Positions 16,216-46,760 of a stretch of DNA of 64,000 nt are shown in pieces. The translations under genes were made by a program, and so were the position numbers. Every line of letters begins with the position of its first letter. Position 1 is the first letter of the stretch. The notes under the pieces were generated by a model. That model was not told the origin of the DNA, did no database searches, and saw only the letters and a program-made list of their open reading frames with translations. Source of the stretch: the human T2T-CHM13v2.0 reference genome, Homo sapiens; NCBI RefSeq assembly GCF_009914755.1, contig NC_060935.1; one strand, 5' to 3'.

Positions 16216-16858
16216 TAACCCCTGTTGGCTTATGAGCCATTTCATTTGCTTAACAATCCAGCTTCACCTTAGGTTATGCATGCAAGCTAACCATCCTCCT
16301 AATGAGATGTTCTCCTGATGCAGCCATAGGCTTTGACATTATTGGCCCAAGGAAGAGGCATCTTGGCTGTGCTCATAAAATAGGCCTTTTAGTGCCCCAT
16401 GCCCATATGTGGTAGTGGATGATGGTCCCATCCACAGTGCCTATTGAGATAACCTGATGGTAAGGAGATTACTACCGAGTCCCCATTTAGAAGGAAATCC
16501 AAGATGCTCACTCACCCAGGTTCTCTGGACAGCAAGGAATCTAGGCTTTTGGATGGAACTGCCTGCTGTTTTGAACAGAAGAGCAACAGGTAGGTTGATA
16601 GTTCCTGGAGTATTGTTGGCTTTGGAACACAGAGAGTAGAGTTTCAGAAGCGAAATAGGGAAGCTGAATTGGGAGGATAACATACAAGTTAAGGTGGGTG
16701 GACAAGGATATCTAAGAACTTGGGTTGAGGCTAGCAAATAATGAAGAAAGTGTCCATAACTATGCATGGAGGGGATTGCATATGATGCCTACATGCATCA
16801 GAGGAAGACTAGCCATATTGGTTACCTTCTGCTTCTGTGTCTTGGGTCTTTCTAGTAG

Positions 16859-17557
<699 letters not shown>

Positions 17558-18737
17558 CAAGGGCATCTTTTCTTTGCACGGCTGTGACTAATGGACAATG
17601 GGCCGGCAAAATCTCACTGCACTCCCCGTTGGCACACTGATAAGGTGAAGTGTGGACACCTGACTTAAGTGGGGAGGGGGAGGCGCATCAATATGAGGCA
17701 CTAAGCCAATCAGAGCCTGTTCTAGGAATGTGAATTAAGATACAGAGAAATCTTCTGGTTGCTGATGGGCTCTAAATCTGAGAAATAATGAATCAGAGCT
17801 GGGACTGGTAGTCATCCCTTAAGAAGAGCACACAGATGAAATGGATTTAAGTAGGAGAGAGGAATGGAGTCAGTGTACAGAGATGCCTCTCGTGCTCCAT
17901 TTCCTGGTTTCAGTTTCCCTGAGGCCTGAACACACTTTGTTTCCTGTTCTTGAATTCCCTGTAATCTCTGTATCCTTGCAGTCATGCCCTCTTTTCCCAA
18001 GAGCTGATTCGACGGGGTTTCTCTTCTTTATGACCAAAAGACCATTGACTAGAACAGATGTTAAGAACATGATCAATGTGACAGCTACTAAGTACAGAAT
18101 GCAGCCTGATGAACCACTCAGCAGGCCAGGGTGACTACAATTGCACGTGTGTGTGTGTGTATGTTTACGGGGAGGGGCATTAAATCACTAGAGATGAAAG
18201 GACCCTCCCCCCGCCAACCCCGCCCCATAACCATCTTCTCTTTCCCGTCTTAGTTCCTTGGCTGCTCTCCATCTCCTGGCCCCAGCTGCTAAGATCTATT
18301 TCTAGATGAAGTCAGCAAACTGTTTCTGTTTCTAAGACTCTGAGTCCAGAATTCCCTGCTCAGGAATGTCCCCTTTGCCCTCACCACCTGCACTCCTCCT
18401 CTCTCCCTTTCTCTGTATCACCTCTTCACCTTATGGGATTGTTTTATCCCTCAGGGTTTTTTGACATTTTGAGAAAATGAAGTAGACCATTCAATTCCTG
18501 TAGCAGTGTCTCTCTCTGGTGGGGGCTGGGAGGCAGGGAGCAGCTCTATGCAAGGACTCCATGTCTTCTCTGCCAGGAAGCTCCCTAGCTCCGTTCTGGG
18601 TAAAACTTTTCGAAGCTCCAGGGTCTTCCCAAATTCAGACAAAGTTGGGTCAAGGTTGCACAGTCTGCGTCTGTAGGTGGGATGGTAAGATGAGGGCACA
18701 GGGGTTGGAAGGGGGCAGAGGGCCCAGCTATCCTCAT

Positions 18738-19613
<876 letters not shown>

Positions 19614-19730
19614 CAGTAGTTTTTATAACTTCTTTTAAAGCACCAAGTTAAACTGACTCAAGAGTCAGATATTTAATTATAAGACTCATCAGGTCAATGG
19701 TTTGTTCCAGGAGGTCAAATGGGCAAGTAA
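19614..19730 (-). promoter_or_regulatory. Relict promoter of the OAT1-like pseudogene
   Basis: TATAAAAA at 19627-19620; AGTTAAACTGACT and TCAGATATTTAAT are colinear with the SLC22A6 promoter motifs. Confidence 0.6.
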
Positions 19731-20300
19731 AGTTGGATTTGGCAGAGGAAAGTACCTTCCTGTGAAGGAGGGACATGTTTGAGTCTCTTCACTACACTGG
19801 AACAGGTGGGGAGGAAGGGAAAGCACCAAGTGTGAAGGGGGGCCCAAGCTGGTGTGAGCATGAAGCCTGAGCTGAGCTCTCCTTTCTCAGGGCCAGGTCC
19901 TACCTCACTCTCAGCCAGACTGAACTGGGGAGACTCTGAAGAGCCCATGCAGAAATGCCGTGGTACGTGGGCTTTGGCATCCCTTAACCTGTGAGCATCA
20001 CCTCTGCGTGAATCCCGGAGCCTGGGCCTTCGGCCCTAGACGAGGGCCAGGACACAGCTCAACCTTCACTTGAAGGAGGAATTCTTTGTTAGAAGTTTGT
20101 GTCAGTAGGGTCTCTTTTCTCATTATAATATCTTCTGTAGTTCACCCCCAATTTTTTTCCCCTTTCCAGAATTGTACCAGTGTATGTGACGTGATAAACA
20201 GCTATCAGGTGCTTTAACATTCTTCAAGGGTCTGGGCATACTGGGGTCTGCACCATGCACAGGGCCCAGGCGAATCCAGGTGTTCTGACATCTTGGCCCC

Positions 20301-20670
20301 TGTTATGGACTGAATTGTGTCCCCCTCATTCATATGTTGAAGCCCTAACCCCCAGTGTGACTATATTTGGAAATAGGACCTTTAAGGAGGTAATGAAGGT
20401 TAAATGAGGTCATGGGGTGGGGCCCTAATCCAGTGTGACTGGTGTCCTTACAAGAGGAGAGAGAGACAGCAGGGTGGGACGCACGTGCCCAGAGGAAGGG
20501 CCATGTGAGGACATGGTGGGAAGGCGGCCATCTGCAAGCCAAAGAGAGGCCTCAGGAGAAACCAAACCTGATGACAGCTTGATTGTGGACTTCTAGCCTC
20601 CAGAGCTGTGAGAAAATAAATTTCTGTTGTTAAGCCACCCAGCCGTGGTATTTTGTTATGGCAGCCCAAG
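20301..20670 (+). mobile_element. MLT1A/B-type MaLR LTR
   Basis: TGTTATGGACTGAATTGTGTCCCC...AATAAATTTCTGTTGTTAAGCCACCCAG. Confidence 0.85.
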
Positions 20671-21077
20671 GCTGTCACTTATATCTGTAATGTAACACAA
20701 TTCTAGCCAAGAAATGTGGCAGGAAGCCCATTGTGGGGGAGGTGGCTTTTGGGAAAGGTCTTCAAAAGAGATGTCTTGCTCTTCCAAACAGATATGTGAG
20801 GAGTAACTTCCTTTTCTGCCTTTGGATGCTGTGTGAGGGGGTGATGCCTGTAGCCACTGCAGCCCTCTTGCTGTCATGAGGGGAGTTGTTGACCTGCTGA
20901 GGAGAGGGTTGAAAAGAACCTGGATCCATGATGATGTCAGGTGCCTGAATCATGGAAGCCAGCAAATCTGCTATCTGCTTTTTTTCTTTTTGGAGCGGGG
21001 GCTTAAGCCAGTTAGTTTTGTGTCACTTACATCTGAAAGAGTCCTGGCTAATACTTCCATCATAAGAGCCATAACCT

Positions 21078-21725
<648 letters not shown>

Positions 21726-22074
21726 TTAGGCTGAGTGATAGAATGGCTGTATTAGTCAGGGTTGTTGGGTGTAAACAACAAAAACAGACTGTGGCTAATG
21801 TAAGCTGTAGAAAAATCACTGGAAGGATAATGGGCTGCTCACGGAATTGATGAGAATCTGGCTCAGAAATGGGCAGGAGCTGAGGGAGGCCAGGAAACAG
21901 TTTGGCTAGGATGCCACTGGAGTATTCCCTGGAGATTTCCACTCCTCCCTGGACTCTCACAGTCATTGCTATTGTGTGTCATTTCCCAAATGTTCCTGCA
22001 GCTTTGTGTTCTATCGCAAGAGTCAAGGCCCTAGGTGGGAGTACTGATTAGTTGAACATGGTTCATGCACCTGA

Positions 22075-23525
<1,451 letters not shown>

Positions 23526-23684
23526 TTTGCATAGCTCTCTCCTCTCCTGAGAAATCTAGCTGCCTTGGCCATCCTGAACTTCTCTTTTATTCTCCTCAGC
23601 TCAGTGAGGTTGCTGGCTCTGTTTGGATTCCACATCTCCACACTGCAGTCCAGAAGTTGCTCCCAGGAAGAAAGCCTGGGTGAT

Positions 23685-23764
23685 AAAAGTTGGTGCAAAA
23701 GTAATTGCAGGTTTTGCAATTAAAGGTAATGACAAAAACCACAATTACTTTTGCATCAACCTAA
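23685..23764. mobile_element. MADE1 (Hsmar1-derived MITE)
   Basis: About 80-bp palindrome GTTGGTGCAAAAGTAATTGC...CAATTACTTTTGCATCAACCTAA. Confidence 0.9.
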
Positions 23765-23876
23765 TAGTAGGCCTTAAATAATCTGTTTCCCTTCTCACAG
23801 AAATTACAGTCCTGCGCTGCCTGTTGTCCAATGTCTGAACATTGTTATTTTTCACATTTCCTTCAGTTTTCTAGGA

Positions 23877-24192
23877 TTTTTTTTTTTTTTTTTTTTTTTT
23901 GAGATGGAGTCTCACTCTGTTGCCAGGCTGGAGTGCAGTGGCACGATCCCGGCTCACTGCAACCTCTGCCCCCTGGGTTCAAGCGATTCTCCTTGCCTCA
24001 GCCTCCCAAGTAGCTGGGATTACAGGTGCCTGCCACCACACCCGGCTAATTTTTTTATTTTTATTTTTTATTTTTAGTAGAGATGGGGTTTCACTATGTT
24101 GGCCAGGCTGGTCTCGAACTCCTGACCACATGATCCGCCTGCCTTGGCCTCCTAAAGTGCTGGGATTACAGGCATGAGCCACCGTGCTGGGC
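23877..24192 (-). mobile_element. AluS
   Basis: TSD CAGTTTTCTAG. Confidence 0.9.
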
Positions 24193-24729
24193 CCAGTTTT
24201 CTAGTTTTTTTTTTTTTACAATGGGAGAGTTGTTTTGGAAGTTTATTATTTCCTGATGACTGGAACTTTTCCTTTTCCATTCTGAATGCATTTAAAACAA
24301 CAGTGTTCCTTGTATAATTGAAAGTGTCTTTCTTCCTCTCTAAAGGGGGATGCTGGGTAGCGAGTAGAGGGAGAAAATTCCATTCTTCTGGCTTCTTGTT
24401 TCCTTATGGAATAAGGAGTGGGTTATTTGATTGGTGAATCTGGGAGAAGGAATAGAGCATGTATAGCTACTTTCTTCTTCTTTTCTTTTGGGCCCTTTTT
24501 ACCTTCAGAGAGCATGTGCTTTTTATTGTTTTTGGCCACATGGTAAGGTATTTGACAGCTGTGTCTCTCAATTGGTTCCATACGTGGTGCAGAAGAGATG
24601 CATTTTCTTTTTTTGAGACAGGGTCTCACTCTATCACCCAGGCTGGAGTGCAGTGGCATGATCACAACTCACTGAAGCCTTGACCTCCTGAGCTCAAGCC
24701 ATCCTGCCACCTCATCCTCCACGTAGCTG

Positions 24730-25379
24730 TGTTACTGGAAAGGGGTCCTGATCCAGACTCCAAAAGAGCGTTCTTGGACCTTACATAAGAAAGAATTTCA
24801 GGTGAGTTCATAGGATAAAGTGAAAGCAATTTTATTAGAGAAATAAGCAAACAAAAGAATGGCTACTCCACAGGCAGAGCAGCCCTGAGGGCTACTGGTT
24901 GGCTATTTTTAGGGTTATTTCTTGATTATATGCTAAACAAGGGGTGGATTACTCATGAGTTTTCTAGGAAAGGGGCAGGCAATTCCCAGAACTGAGGGTT
25001 CCTCCCCTTTTTGGACTATATAGGGTACCGTCTGGATGTTGCCATGGCATTTGTAAACTGTGATGGTGCTGGTGGGAGTGTCTTTCAGCGTCCTAATGCA
25101 TTATAGTTAGTTAGCATATAATGGACAGTGAGGATGACCAGAGGTCACTTTCATTGCCATCTTGGCTTTGGTGGGTTTTGGTGGGCTTCTTTACTGCATC
25201 CTATTTTATCAGCAGGGTCTTTATGACCTGTATCTTGTGCTACCAATCCTGCCGAACTTCTATCTCATCCTGTGATTAAGAATGCCTAACCTTCTGGGAA
25301 TGCGACCCAGTAGGTCTCAGCCTTATTTGACCTAGCCCCTATTAAAGATGGAGTTGCTCTGGTTTGAATGCCTCTGACA
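24730..25379 (-). mobile_element. MER41(B)-like ERV1 solo LTR inserted in an Alu
   Basis: TGTTACTGGAAAGGGGTCCTGATCCAGAC...GCCTCTGACA; TSD GCTG; tandem GAS motifs. Confidence 0.88.
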
Positions 25380-25549
25380 GCTGGAACCAAGTTAAGGATT
25401 TCTGAGTGATGTCTTCTTCTTTAGTTATGTTGCAATGCCGTCGTTATGCTATGCATAGAAATAAGAAAATATTGTCTTTAATGTCTTCAATCATTTCTGT
25501 TTATGGAAATGTATTCGGCAAGAAGTCATGAGACTACAATAATATATCA

Positions 25550-30760
<5,211 letters not shown>

Positions 30761-31210
30761 ATAAGATATCTTTGACCACAAATCATAGAAAAACGAACTC
30801 ACACCGGCTTAAAGTATAAGGAGGACTTAAATTGTTACCCTTAACAATCAGAGCAGAGGTAGGTGGTGCCAGTATTGATTAAATTGGTGGGGTTAAATCA
30901 TCAAACCCCAGATTAGTTCCATCTTTCCATTACAATATCCTCATTGGTTGCCTTAGTCCATGCTCCGGTTTCCCTCTGGGTTACAGGATGGCTGCCACAG
31001 TTCTGGACATCCATCCAGACTCAACGTTGTCCGCCACCTACATCTAAACCCTACATTCAGCCCTTACAGGCTGCTTGGTCTCTTCTATGGGTGTGGTTCA
31101 CATGGCACTTACTATTGCTACTGGGGTGCAGGATTCTATCGGGGGAGGGGTTTAGGAGGAGCAGACCTCACTAGAATGGGTCAGGGAAGCTGAGCCTCAA
31201 GTTCATCTAG

Positions 31211-31515
<305 letters not shown>

Positions 31516-31953
31516 CATTACTACAGCATTTTTGCAGTAGAGTCTTCCGCTGTTCTATGACTATGACATGAACCACATGGAGACAGTCACATCTCAGAGA
31601 ACATCCAAATGGTTTTCTTGAAAGAGGAGGTGCAGTGGGGCAATGGAGTCTACCCAGTCAGTGTTTTCCTTTTGCTTCCTGCACCTATGACACAATTTTC
31701 CTTTCACAATTTTTAAACACAAGGAATGGTAGTGGTGGGAGTGTAGCACAGAGCAGTCTAGGAGTCCCAAACTTAAGTGTCTACAAGGGCTAGTGGCTAA
31801 TTTAGACTCTGTGAATCCGACAAGCTATAAGACAGTAGGAAGAGGTGAGGCCTGTGATGATCCAGACATTACAACCCATCCCTACAAAAATTATAGTGCA
31901 TGGGAAAAAGAAAATCTCCAGAGGCCTCCCTGGAGGAATCTAAGAACAAGGGA

Positions 31954-32990
<1,037 letters not shown>

Positions 32991-33283
32991 ATGATATGAA
33001 ATTTAGCTATTTGGGCATCTGCTCTATATGTGACCCAAATGGGTCATGCAAACTCCCAGGAAAGGGGAGAGAAGAGCCTAAGGGAGGGGCTTGGAGTGGT
33101 GTGAAACTGGGGCTGTCAAGGTGGGACCTGGGATGATGGCATGGAGCCCTGAGAATGTGGCACTCTACAGGACCAGGCAGTTGAGGATCCTCCTGAGTGT
33201 GCCATCCTGGCCAGGAAACTGAGGGTGGCTACAAGGCCCTGCCAAGCTGGCTGAGGATAGGACCTGTGGTCAAAACTGGAGAT

Positions 33284-33586
33284 AGGCCAGGTGCAGTGGC
33301 TCATGCCTGTAATCTCAGCACTTTGGGAGGCTGAGGCGAACGGATCACTTGAAGTCAGGAGTTCAAGACCAGCCTGGCTAACATGGTGAAACCCTGTCTC
33401 TAATAAAAATAGAAAAATTAGCCAGGTGTGGTGGTATGCACCTATAATCCCAGCTACTTGGGAGGCTGACATTGCAGTGAGAATTCCTTGAACCCGGGAG
33501 GCGGAGGTTGCAGTGAGCTGAGATCGTGTCACTGCACTCCAGCCTGGGCAACAGAGAAAGACACTGTCTCAGGAAAAAAAAAAAAA
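33284..33586 (+). mobile_element. AluS
   Basis: Dimer. Confidence 0.88.
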
Positions 33587-34884
33587 GGGGGAGAGCATCT
33601 GAGGCCACTCTGGTGGGGCATGACAGTGTCCCAACTCAGCCTCAGGGCCAAGGCTAGAGGATGGGATCTGAGCCTGTGTTTGGGGCTGACTCCTTGGGGA
33701 GGCAAGGTCAGAAGTCACTTACTGGTGACTTAGAAGTGGGAGGAAGGTAGGGTTCTCTTTTGTCAAGGGCACAGGATGAGTATAGGAAGTCCCAGGCCAG
33801 GAGCTAGGGGAATGGATTCTGTGTGAATGGTCTGAGCTGGCTGAATCAGCACCCAGGACTTTTACCAGTTGGGGTGCAGCTGGGGCAGGCTACAGCTGGC
33901 TCTGGGCAGCCTTGCTGAGGCATCTGCAGATACCAGGTGATCTGAGCACAGAGATGAGAGACTTGCAGGAGGAGCCAGGGCATGTCAGAGTTGCTGGCAG
34001 GGTCTGGAGCCAGTGGTAGGCCAAGTCACTGGTCTCAAAACCCGGGATCTGCAGAAGCAGGGCTAAATCCATGTGTCTCGACTCCCGGTCTCAGTCCAGA
34101 CACTCCACGAGGCTCATCCATGAGGGCAGTGCTGCCTGAGAAACTGCAGGATGACTGGGGCTGATGACCCACAAGCAACCAATGGGAGCATGAGGAGTTT
34201 CAGCACCAAGGGGGAACACCAAGGCTTCAGATGTTCCAGGAGGTGAGGTGGGTTGTGGTGATTTCTGCTGTGCCCAGATTTGCCCTGAGAGTCCTGTTGT
34301 CTGAGTTGCTGTGAGCTCTCCCCGGGCTGTGTGGTTTTTTTTCAGGGGATCTTCAGGCCAACCTCTCTTTCCAGATTGCCCTAAGTCAACCTGAGCCCCT
34401 GGCCAGGGTCCCACCTGGAAGGCAGTGTGTACAGCTCAAGTAATGAATGTAGACTTTCCCCTGGGGGATAAGGGGCTGGCTCGCGGGCCAGGCTGGCTGC
34501 TGGGGATAGGGTTCCAGGCAGTGTGCCAGCGAGCATTTATGGCAGGGTGCGGCAGGCCTCACTCCTGCCACCTGTAGGTGTGAACAGGGCTGCATTTCTC
34601 GGGCTGCCCTTCTCGGGCTGCCCCAGGCTTCCCTGAAGTGAGCTATTTTGAGGACACAGATGCTGGACATCCTGGTCTTTTCCTGACTGTAACCCTTAAA
34701 TTGCCTTCCCCCCAACTCCTTTCACATGGTTCCTCCCATGATCATCTCCCTTCCTCCCCTTCTCGTCCTTTTCTTTTCAGCCCAGAAGGAAGGAGGAGAA
34801 GCTGGGTCCTGGGGGTGAAAGAGGCTAAAGTTTCAATGCCTCACAGCTCCTGGCAGCAGAGGGGTCAGGCACACATATCCTGGT

Positions 34885-35090
34885 GCCAGATTGTCTGGAT
34901 TCTCATCCTGACTCCACAATTTACCAGCTGTGTGAACTGGACAGGTTACTTAACCTCTCTGTGTCTTGATTTTCTTATCTGTAAAATAGGGAATAATTGT
35001 AGTAATCTCCAAGGGTTACAGGGAGGAGTAAATGAGTTAATATAGGCAAATGGCTTAGGACAGTGCCTGGCACATAGTTAGCATTCAGTG
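34885..35090 (+). mobile_element. MIR
   Basis: GGTTACTTAACCTCTCTGTG...ATCTGTAAAATAGGGAATAA...GTGCCTGGCACATAGT. Confidence 0.8.
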
Positions 35091-35872
35091 CTGGGTCTCA
35101 CTGGGTATGTTCCCCACTCCCCCTTCCCTCTTCTCTTCCCTCCACCAGCCCAGAGCCTACAGGAGGCAGAACAACCAAGAGAGCTCAGGTAGTGCAGCAG
35201 GCAGGATTAGGTTAGCTAGCAGGCTAATCTAGAGCGGGTTTTGAGTCCAGACCCTGCTGGAATCTAGAGATTCCATCATCCTGAGCATGCTGCTAGAGGG
35301 GCCAACATCCTGAAGTCATAGCTGTTGTCTTTTTTTTTTTTTTTTTTTTTTAAATAGAGGCAGCGTCTCGCTATGTTGCCCAGGCTGGTCTTGAACTCCT
35401 GGCTCAAGTGATCCACCCGCCTCGGCCTCCCAACGTGCTGGGATTACAGGTGTGAGCCACCACACCTGGCCAGCTATTGTCCTTTTTCTTCTCCTTTGCT
35501 GTCAGAGGTTCCCATCTGCTCTCAGAGTGGGAGGAGCTTGAAACAAAGCCTCTGATTGGCTGCTTTCATTTCAGCCTGTCATTTCAGCCCTTGTCAGTTT
35601 CCAGCCTGACAGGGAAGGGAGGAGCATTAGATATTTAGCTAAATCTCACAGAAATATTTGAATAGGTTAGAGGATGGGGGAGGGAAGAGGGAGGGATAGA
35701 AAGGGGCAAAGGCAAGAGTCTTTTCTAATTTTCTGGGATGGTTTGTAAAGTCCCGGGGATGGAGTGGGTGGGAGGGGACTGTATGGCCTCTTGGGCTGGA
35801 AGCTGACTAAAATGGAGTGGCCATTCCTTTTGAGACAAGAGAGACACAGAGAGATGGTGCGCAGTCAAACCT

Positions 35873-35878
35873 TTTAAT
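35873..35878 (-). terminator. SLC22A6: SLC22A6 polyadenylation signal ATTAAA
   Basis: TTTAAT on + strand about 175 nt after the stop, followed on the minus strand by a U/GU-rich tract (about 35832-35855). Confidence 0.8.
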
Positions 35879-36051
35879 GATGTGGTTCTGGTGGGGTTTA
35901 TAAAGGGAGGTGGACCCCTGGGAAGATGCTTTCCTGAACCACAACCCCCACACTTGGGTCACCATTTCCTCTTCCTCCTCCTTGTGTGGGTGGCCGGAGA
36001 CCTGTAGGACCTTCCCTCCCTTTAGGGTTCTGTAAGGCCCCTTCTCAGTCC

Positions 36052-43968
<7,917 letters not shown>

Positions 43969-44264
43969 TGGGCCAGGCCCAGCCCAGTGGCTGGGGGCTG
44001 AGGCCTTCCAGTCCCAGGACCTCTGTCTGTCTGCCTGCCTGCTGTCCTTCGCTGGAGGAGCAGCACTGCCGTTGCCTCCGCAGCTGGGTTGCTCCGGGAG
44101 CTGAGTCCGAGCTGCTCTGTGGGGGGACAGCAGCCTCCTTGGCTGCTCCTCCTTCTTCCCCGGTCTCCCTGATCTGTCCCTCCCTTTTCCCTTGCAGCTT
44201 CTCCTCACTTTGGGGGTCAGGGCAGCTCAGCTTTCAGGGTCTGCTGGAGACCTGACCCTTGCAT

Positions 44265-44335
44265 GGGCAGTTTTTAATCCTTGGCCTGGAGGGAATGAGT
44301 TAAAGTGTGACTTGGTATCAGAAGGATTAACCCTC
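44265..44335 (-). promoter_or_regulatory. SLC22A6: SLC22A6 core promoter: TATA-like ATTAAAAA plus two HNF1-like motifs
   Basis: ATTAAAAA at 44278-44271; GTTAAAGTGTGAC at 44299-44311; GTTAATCCTTCTG (minus) at 44331-44319. OAT1 is an established HNF1 target. Confidence 0.7.
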
Positions 44336-44581
44336 CAAGGATTCCTTGTGTCAGTGGAATTTCTCCAAGTGGTTATAAAGGGCAGTAGAGGGTGGACTGA
44401 ATAGGAGCAGGGAGAGGGGTGTATTAGGGGGGCATCTGGGGGCAGGGGGGGCCAGAGTGGGATCTATTGGACCTATTTGTCTTCCTTTTAGGAAGGAGAC
44501 TGGGCTCTGGGAAGTGTGGTGGCCTCTTGAGGAGTTTCTGCCCTTTTTAGTGGATGAGATCCAAATAGTCTGCTTTTGGGA

Positions 44582-44767
44582 AGGGTTGCCAGGGAAATTA
44601 CAGGGTGCCCAGTCAAATTTGCATTTTAGGTCAATGAAGAGTTTTTAAAAGTATGAGTATGTCTCTAATATTGCATGAGACATACTTATACTAAGCAATT
44701 CTTCATTGATTTGAAATGCAAATTTGACTGGGCACCCTGTATCTTTATTTGCTAAATGTGACAACCC
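44582..44767. mobile_element. MER53 palindromic hAT MITE
   Basis: AGGGTTGCCAG...ACAACCC termini; long internal inverted repeat. Confidence 0.85.
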
Positions 44768-44949
44768 CAGTCTTTGTTCTTCTGGGGACAGCTCACATCT
44801 TATAGAACCATGGTTTTATTCATTTGGAAGAAACAACAGAAGTCAGAGGCCGCTCTTGGAGTGGGACCTAAGACCAACGTCATACACAATGTCGGGTGAT
44901 TCTTCCAGTGATTCTTCTGACCCTTCCAAGGGTCAGATTTTTCCCTTAG

Positions 44950-45680
<731 letters not shown>

Positions 45681-45924
45681 CATAGTGTTATTTTTTAAAA
45701 CAATGAGCATGAACTCACTGTGTTTTTAGCCACAACTCTAAGACAATCACGTGAATTCCTCCAACAGAGTTTTGGCTCCTGAGTTACATGTGATCAGGGA
45801 AGTGTGGAGCTCTGATTTGATGGGTTTCCATGGGATCCAGTTGGTTGGATCCCAGATTGAGGACAGTGAGAGAGAGTAGATGGCAGCTTCTTGTTATTAA
45901 CTTATGCACTTCATATTATATAAA

Positions 45925-46150
45925 ACATGGACTCTGGAGTCAGTCTACTTGGACCCACATCCTCACTCCACACTTACTGGCTGTGGAACTAGGGGCAAGT
46001 GACTAAACTCCTCTGTACCTCAGTGTCCTCATTTGCAAGATGGGGATAATAGCTATGTTGGCTGCCTTGAGTTTTTGGAGCATTAAATGAACTAATATAG
46101 GTAAGAAGCTTAAAGTAGCTCATATGCCCTGTAATTCAGTGGTTACTGGC
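45925..46150 (+). mobile_element. MIR
   Basis: GGCAAGTGACTAAACTCCTCTGTACCTCAGTGTCCTCATTTGCAAGATGGGGATAATA. Confidence 0.75.
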
Positions 46151-46235
46151 TCTTCTTATTTGTTTCTGGTGAAAAGGTGGGACTATCACATTGATTTTAG
46201 AAAGAAAATATGCCTAAGTATATCTTATCCTAAGA

Positions 46236-46453
46236 ACGGTGATTTTTGACTGGCGGTGATTTTGCCCCCCAGGGGACACTTGGCAATGTCTGGAGATATT
46301 TTTGGTTGTCATGACTCAGGATGGTGGTGGTGCTACTGGCTTTTAGAGGGTAGAGATATGCTGCTGAATATCCTGCAATGCACAGGACAGGCCCCCACAA
46401 TGAAGAATTATCTAGACCCCCAAATGTCAGTGGTGCTGAGATTGGGAAACGCT
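46236..46453 (+). mobile_element. MER20 (hAT-Charlie)
   Basis: GGTGATTTTGCCCCCCAGGGGACACTTGGCAATGTCTGGAGA...GCACAGGACAGGCCCCCACAA. Confidence 0.88.
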
Positions 46454-46471
46454 ACCTTAAAAGATGTTGCA

Positions 46472-46760
<289 letters not shown>

